DNA of 64,000 bases, from positions 33,232,001-33,296,000 of the forward strand of contig OY740795.1 of assembly GCA_963514005.1 (NCBI GenBank). The letters run 5' to 3'. This stretch comes from Raja brachyura (taxonomy: Eukaryota). Shown in pieces: positions 63,237-64,000 of the stretch. Each line of letters starts with the position of its first letter. Position 1 is the first letter of the stretch. The notes beneath the pieces are model-generated. The model was given only the letters and a program-made list of their open reading frames with translations, was not told the origin of the DNA and ran no database searches. The position numbers and the translations under genes were made by a program.

Positions 63237-64000
63237 TACAACACGCACGATATTAAGCTGTTCCAGTAACTTACTGAGGATCGAGTGCTATCTCGGACAC
63301 TGAGCCACAATGGTTTCAGAGCACACTTGGTTTGATATCTCTAACTTCAAGTAACCCCCGCATTTACTGACCTCGTTGTTCGTACTGCATCAGCTGCTGT
63401 CAATCCAGTAAGGAAGGAGTGTTTTGAACAGCCGACTACCAGCACACCAAAGCAGTCATTTGAATGCCCTACAACTTACCTGCCAAAGTGCCAAAGAAAC
63501 AATTGCCAATATAGGTAGCCACTTTCTAGAGGAAAGTAGCAAAGGAATAAAACTCAACTTTGCAGCAACTTGCAACAATCTCAGCACAAGTTTTAAAATC
63601 TATTTCTTCAGCCATTTATTTAAAAATGCATCAATGAAGATACCACAAGCCTAACTTAATGGGAAATGTTGTGGTCCACTTTTATTTGCATTTTTTTCAT
63701 CCACGACCAGACACTCTGCATATACATTGCTGATGCTTTGGTTATTTAATTTTAAACTGAGAATAATGTTGCACAATACAGAAAATTAAGGTTCTGGGAT
63801 TAATTGGCTACTAGTTAAGTTACTCTGCTACTAGTAAAGATTTTTCCTTGTTCTGCAACTGTTTACACGTTACTTAAATATTTTCTGAGAACATCTGAAA
63901 AATCCATTAAGATCTTTGGATAACTACAATCTGCATGAGAATCCACCATGTGTGTTGTATGAAATCAACACCACACAAACTATGCACGCATTTCTATAAT

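Larger units (their letters stand above)
1..64000 (-). other. TCF7L2: Internal portion of the TCF7L2 (TCF4) transcription unit; mostly intronic
   Basis: Three minus-strand exons splice in frame into the TCF7L2 context-dependent regulatory domain. The flanking exons (YLQMKW... upstream, RFPPHM... and the HMG box downstream) were not found, so the gene probably extends past both window ends. Confidence 0.9.

Noticed and set aside
62623-63269. Overlapping 67-164 aa ORFs as a protein-coding gene
   Set aside because: Open in several frames on both strands because of high GC; no recognisable domain or splice structure; lies in a repeat-like block.
21348-64000. Upstream TCF7L2 exons (YLQMKWPLLDV..., mammalian SPLPCCTQ... 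cassette)
   Set aside because: No matching translation was found by eye or in the ORF track. They are probably beyond the window or absent, but a diverged short exon could have been missed.
1-64000. Prokaryotic-type systems (CRISPR arrays, operons, defence islands)
   Set aside because: No repeat-spacer arrays or dense coding; the sequence is spliceosomal-intron vertebrate DNA.

Overview
Vertebrate genomic DNA, AT-rich. The repeat content (HE1-like V-SINEs, CR1/HER1-like LINE tails, Penelope-derived hammerhead repeats, DeuSINE remnants) points to a cartilaginous fish, probably a skate or ray; this is an inference. The whole window lies inside a TCF7L2 gene on the minus strand. Three internal coding exons are visible: 21215-21347 (133 bp, SNKVPVV...), 8569-8671 (103/91 bp, with the LVPQ alternative donor) and 7873-7959 (87 bp). 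I did not find the beta-catenin-binding or HMG-box exons in the window. Most of 21.3-64 kb is the large intron upstream of the SNKVPVV exon. Within it, a ~19 kb stretch (26.6-45.5 kb) has no transposon I could recognise and is visibly richer in CpG. That stretch holds three perfect minus-strand phase-0 GTAAGT donors, each preceded by an in-frame ATG and an upstream in-frame stop. They are candidate alternative first exons for N-terminally truncated (dominant-negative-type) TCF7L2, and one would add a 41-aa N-terminus. The rest of the window is repeats: two oppositely oriented decayed IR/DR Tc1 transposons bracketing the exons, CR1, Rex1/Babar-like and Penelope-like fragments, SINEs, a Harbinger-type MITE and minimal hammerhead ribozyme motifs. 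Nearly all ORFs in the supplied track are spurious or transposon-derived. All analysis was by eye; no alignment or database search was run.
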